Positions 59,847 through 64,000 of a DNA stretch of 64,000 nt are shown in pieces. Location of the stretch: positions 3,611,688 to 3,675,687 of the forward strand of contig CP070758.1 of assembly GCA_020348925.1 (NCBI GenBank), given 5' to 3'. The position numbers and the translations under genes are program-made. The stretch's first letter is position 1; each line of letters starts with the position of its first letter. The notes beneath the pieces were generated by a model. It searched no databases and had not been told where the DNA came from. It saw only the letters and a program-made list of their open reading frames with translations. This DNA is from Gemmatimonadota bacterium (GTDB lineage: Bacteria > JBHIER01 > G020348925).

Positions 59847-61110
59847 ATGCCTATCACACCAACATATCCAGGCGTGTATATCGAGGAGATACCCAGCGGT
59901 GTACGGACTATTGTGGGTGTTGCCACTTCAATCGCCGCCTTCATAGGATATTTTACGAAAGGACCAATGGATAAGGCTGTTCAGATCTTCAGCATGGCCG
60001 ACTTTGAGCGTGAATTCGGAGGACTGAACATCAACAGCGAAGCTTCATATGCCATCCAGCAATTCTTCCTCAACGGCGGTTCTGAAGCTTGGGTAATTCG
60101 TACCGCTAGCGGCAATCCCTGTAAAGCGGATGTTCAAATTCAGGATGGCATAGAAGGCATAACCGCACTTACAGTGACTTCAATCAGTGAGGGAATCTGG
60201 GGAAACAACCTACGTGTTAGCATTGACTTAAACACTACGGATCCCAGCAATCTGTTCAATATGGTTGTCAATGAGTATGTTGGTTCCCGGATAAATCGGT
60301 CGGAGTCCTTCCGTAACCTTTCTATGAATTCCGCAGATGAGAACTTTGTGGAGACAGTAGTCAACGACGATCGGACTGGTTCTAAGCTGGTGCAGGTCAA
60401 TGCAGGCAATTCAACCTTGCCACTTCCGAACGGCACCGTATCAGGAAATCTCGCGGTTTTCCCTTCATTGACATCATCCTCACCGACTGTAGATGTGACT
60501 ATTGATACCGATACTGCCTCGGCAGTACTTTCCAGCGTTCCAACTACGCTAACTCAGGCTCGCTCGATACTTGAAGCTGCTATCCGCAAGGCCAAGCCGG
60601 ACAACACCAGCTTTGCCTCCGCCCGAGTCGAGATACAGGATAAAAAGTATCTGCGTGTGCTGTCTGGTTCTGGTAATCCCAGCAACAGGATCACATTTGC
60701 TACATCCGCATCAGATACCACGACAGTGGTAGAACTCAAGCTTGACACGCTCAGCGGTGCTACAAACAACGTCCAGGAATACACTTTGGGCGCTGGAACA
60801 GCTATTGGCAGTTCTGCTCAAGGGGATGGGGAATCTGGCCAAGACGGAAATCCACCTGATGGTAGTGCGTTGATTGGCGATCGTGCCAGCAAGACCGGCA
60901 TCTACGCCTTAGAGGATGTGGATCTTTTCAATATTTTATGTATCCCGAGAACGGCTATTGTGTCTGGTACTAACCTTCTACCTTCAACTGAAGCAGCCAC
61001 AGTGATATCCGTGGCGACCAGTTATTGCGAGGAGCGACGGGCTTTCTTCTTGATGGATACACCTAATGATATTGATGAGACACAAGAGATAAAGGATTGG
61101 CTGGATGAAC
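59847..61110 (+). CDS. Contractile tail sheath protein (eCIS/Afp-like); truncated by gap
   Basis: PTYPGVYIEEIPSG.R.I.GVATSI.AFIG, FFLNGG, G.WGN.L.V, GIYALEDVDLFNIL.IP and YCEERRAF..D.P. Confidence 0.9.
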
Positions 61111-61867
61111 NNNNNNNNNNNNNNNNNNNNNNNNNNNNNNNNNNNNNNNNNNNNNNNNNNNNNNNNNNNNNNNNNNNNNNNNNNNNNNNNNNNNNNNNNN
61201 NNNNNNNNNNCGGGGGTAAAACTCAAGAATGAAATTCGCTTGGATTATTAATAAAATCAACGTAAATGTAACGTAATATAAAAATATTTATAGAGTTAAA
61301 AAGAATGTTGGTTTGAACATTGTACCGCCCTACTATCCACGATTCTGTGATATGTCATTACGGGTTTATCCAGGAATCTCCTGAGTGGAGCGTGTGTTAA
61401 AAAAAGCGAGGAGATTTCGGCATCCTAGAACAGGTTCCGGCCGGAATAACAGTTGTGAATAAAGCAGGTGAGGTATACCAGTATTTTATCATCCTTGAAA
61501 AAGGATGATCCAAGCAATGCCACTGAGCAACATGTGTAACCTGAGCAAATCGTGGTGCTTCAATTGAAATTCAGGATTTCAATCTAAAATTATGTTCATC
61601 GCTACAGTGTTTGTGAAAACGGTTTGACAGGTGATCATTCCCGTTGGTAATGCCGTAAGAACGACATGGAGCTTTGGTTGTACTTGGCGTCACGATTAGA
61701 TACGCGTGTATATCGAGAGAGGCTCGGTGAGCGTTTTGAAACATATAAACGTGCCTCTCTTGTGAAGGTGAGACAACAGAGGGGTGTCATTCACGTCCGT
61801 TCAATTCGAGTACAATTTCGTCGTCATGCATAAATTTCCAAATCAGGCTTCTCCCCTGAATCTCGCA

Positions 61868-62851
61868 TTACAGCCACCCCTGCTCCCGATACCAATCGGC
61901 CGTTATTCTTAATCCTTCTTTCAATCCGACCTGGGACTCGAATCCGAAATCGCGTTTGGCCTTGGAGGGATCGCACAGCCAGTACCTCTGGACCAGCTCC
62001 CTGGCTTTCCCCCAGGAGAGGGTGGCGGACTTCGGGGCGATGCGGCTCAGGAGTGGCGAGAATCCCGCCGCTGCCTGGGCGAAGAAGTCTGGCACATGAA
62101 GCGTGACGGCCCTGACTGACAGCACCTCGGCGATGGCGTCCAGCACCTCGGCCCGGGAGTAAGGTTTTTCGTCTCCGATGTAATAGGTCTGTCCTGCGGC
62201 TCTTTGACTTTCCGCGGCCATAATGAACCCTCGGACGAGATCCTCCACGAAACAGAGGGTGATGTATTTCTTGCGGCCCAGACCCAAAAGCGGCTTGATC
62301 CCTTTTTTCACTATTTGAAAATAGCTCAGTACCATGGTATCCCTGGGACCGTAGACGGCAGGCGGGCGGATGAGGGTCACGGGAATTTTCTCTTTGTAGG
62401 AGAGCACCTTTTCTTCGGCCTGGAGGTTGCTGCGCCCGTAATGGGTGATGGGTCGAGGCGGATCGGACTCGTCCACGCATTCTCCCTTGGTGCATGGTCC
62501 GGCCGCCGATTGACTGCTGGCGTAAACGAATCTTTTCAGATTGGGGGCATGCTCGAGGCAGGTCTGAAGGAGAAGACCGGTTCCCTGAACATTGACCTCG
62601 TAGAAGGTTTCCGCCTCTTTCGCCTCCACGACACCGGCGATATGGTAGACGTAGTCCATCCCGTTCGCGGCCCCGGCCAGAGAGGAGGGATCTCTGACCT
62701 CACCGTACACGTATTCCACAGAGACATCCTTCAACCATCTGAGATTGCTTGTCTTCCGGATCAAACACCGGACCTGGTATCCCTTTCTCACCAGGGCTTC
62801 GACCAGATGGCTGCCGATGAAGCCATTTCCTCCTGTAATGAGAACACGCAT
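61868..62851 (-). CDS. NAD-dependent epimerase/dehydratase (extended SDR)
   Basis: TGGNGFIGSH, HIAG, SSQSAAGP, YGRSN (the YxxxK lysine is replaced by N) and RPPAVYGPRD. Confidence 0.85.
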   Translation of the reverse strand: MRVLITGGNGFIGSHLVEALVRKGYQVRCLIRKTSNLRWLKDVSVEYVYGEVRDPSSLAGAANGMDYVYHIAGVVEAKEAETFYEVNVQGTGLLLQTCLEHAPNLKRFVYASSQSAAGPCTKGECVDESDPPRPITHYGRSNLQAEEKVLSYKEKIPVTLIRPPAVYGPRDTMVLSYFQIVKKGIKPLLGLGRKKYITLCFVEDLVRGFIMAAESQRAAGQTYYIGDEKPYSRAEVLDAIAEVLSVRAVTLHVPDFFAQAAAGFSPLLSRIAPKSATLSWGKARELVQRYWLCDPSKAKRDFGFESQVGLKEGLRITADWYREQGWL

Positions 62852-63063
62852 ATTAAATTTTCGTTTTAAAAAACTTCTCTTGATTCTGATGAAGGTGATA
62901 CGTATATTAAATCCTTGTTTTAAGATACGCCCTTTTGCAAGTCCGTCGTCACGCATAGACTTCGGCCTCTTCGGACCCGGGCGTGTTTCAGGTAAAGTAT
63001 ACCACTTTCCCCCACGGGGCGCAAGTTAAAAATTGGCATGAATTTGGTGTAAGGAGTCTCATT

Positions 63064-64000
63064 ATGGATCTCTTCGCTCGATGTCGCAACTTCACGCGTG
63101 CCAAAGAGGCCATGGAAGCCGGCATATATCCCTACTTCAAACCCATCCAGTCCGGGGCCGGGTCCGAGGTGATCATTGACGGCCGGAAAATGATTATGAT
63201 CGGCTCCAACAATTACCTCGGCCTGACCAATCATCCCAAGGTGAAGGAGGCGGCGGTCAATGCCATCGAGCGCTATGGTACCGGATGTACCGGTTCACGT
63301 TTTCTCAACGGCACCCTGGATATTCACGAGGAGTTGGAGGAGCGGCTGGCTGCCTTCGTTGGGATGGAATCATCGCTCGTCTTCAGCACGGGTTTTCAGA
63401 CGAACCTCGGGACCATAGCGACCATCGTAGGCAAAGACGATCTCATGTTCACCGACCGCTCCGATCACGCTTCCATCGTCGACGGCTGCCGCATGGCCTT
63501 CGGAAAGACTCTCAAGTATAAGCATAATGATATGGAAGATCTGGAACGCGTATTGGAGGCTCACAAGGATAAAGACGTGGGTAAAATCGTCGTGACCGAT
63601 GGAGTGTTCAGCATGGAAGGTGATATCGTCAATCTGCCGGAATTGGTTACCCTGGCGAAAAAATACGAGACGAAGGTATACGTCGACGACGCCCACTCCA
63701 TTGGGGTTCTGGGCGATCACGGACGGGGTACCGCAAATCACTTCGGCATCGGGGACAAGATAGACCTGGTTATGGGTACCTTCAGCAAGTCCTTCGCCTC
63801 ATTGGGTGGTTTCATCGCCGGAGACGAGATCGTCATCCAATACATCAAGCATCACTCCCGGGCTTTCATCTTCAGCGCCAGCATGCCGCCCTCCGCCGTG
63901 GCCACGGTTCTGGCCTGCCTCGAGATTATGGAGAGCGACACCGAGCGCCTGGAACAACTGTGGCACAATACCCGGAAGATGAAGGAGGGATTTGACAGTA
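63064..64000 (+). CDS. Alpha-oxoamine synthase, serine palmitoyltransferase-like; runs off the window and is absent from the ORF track
   Basis: RBS AAGGAG; MDLF...GIYPYF, GSNNYLGL, GTGCTGSRFLNGT, STGFQTNLG, DHASIVDG, DDAH and GTFSKSFAS. Confidence 0.85.
   Translation, partial: MDLFARCRNFTRAKEAMEAGIYPYFKPIQSGAGSEVIIDGRKMIMIGSNNYLGLTNHPKVKEAAVNAIERYGTGCTGSRFLNGTLDIHEELEERLAAFVGMESSLVFSTGFQTNLGTIATIVGKDDLMFTDRSDHASIVDGCRMAFGKTLKYKHNDMEDLERVLEAHKDKDVGKIVVTDGVFSMEGDIVNLPELVTLAKKYETKVYVDDAHSIGVLGDHGRGTANHFGIGDKIDLVMGTFSKSFASLGGFIAGDEIVIQYIKHHSRAFIFSASMPPSAVATVLACLEIMESDTERLEQLWHNTRKMKEGFDS

Overview
The window looks like a scaffolded or concatenated MAG. Six contigs are joined by 100-N spacers (7630-7729, 12431-12530, 38752-38851, 56479-56578, 61111-61210), so ORFs crossing the Ns are chimeric and linkage across gaps is unproven. 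The organism is a diderm bacterium with many secreted proteins ending in an NYPNPFN...FlgD-Ig/T9SS-like C-terminal domain, which suggests an FCB-group candidate phylum (inference). Contents: a surface-polysaccharide cluster (methyltransferase, O-antigen ligase-like protein, four GT4s); a VIT/VWA protein C-terminus and a DUF4097 gene; an OPT transporter-PqqD-aminopeptidase operon; TPR/DUF4292/DUF4837/epimerase genes; large cohesin+dockerin+Ig secreted proteins; an S8 protease; a Cys-rich repeat protein; two histidine kinases; a decaying TA/type I RM island; a sigma54 activator upstream of a contractile-tail (eCIS-like) operon; and an SPT-like aminotransferase. The best candidate for a new system is a ~1.73 kb element (9798-11528) encoding only two paralogous DUF1670-like proteins. 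It is bounded by 21-bp inverted repeats (19/21 match) and a 5-bp direct repeat (TTCAT). It sits in the last codons of a sorting-domain gene, whose protein end is regenerated while the original stop codon and terminator are displaced to the far side. A promoter lies inside the left repeat. This looks like a mobile element with no recognisable transposase or integrase. Second candidate: a repeated 24-29 bp leader motif forming the 5' arm of terminator-like hairpins upstream of two genes.
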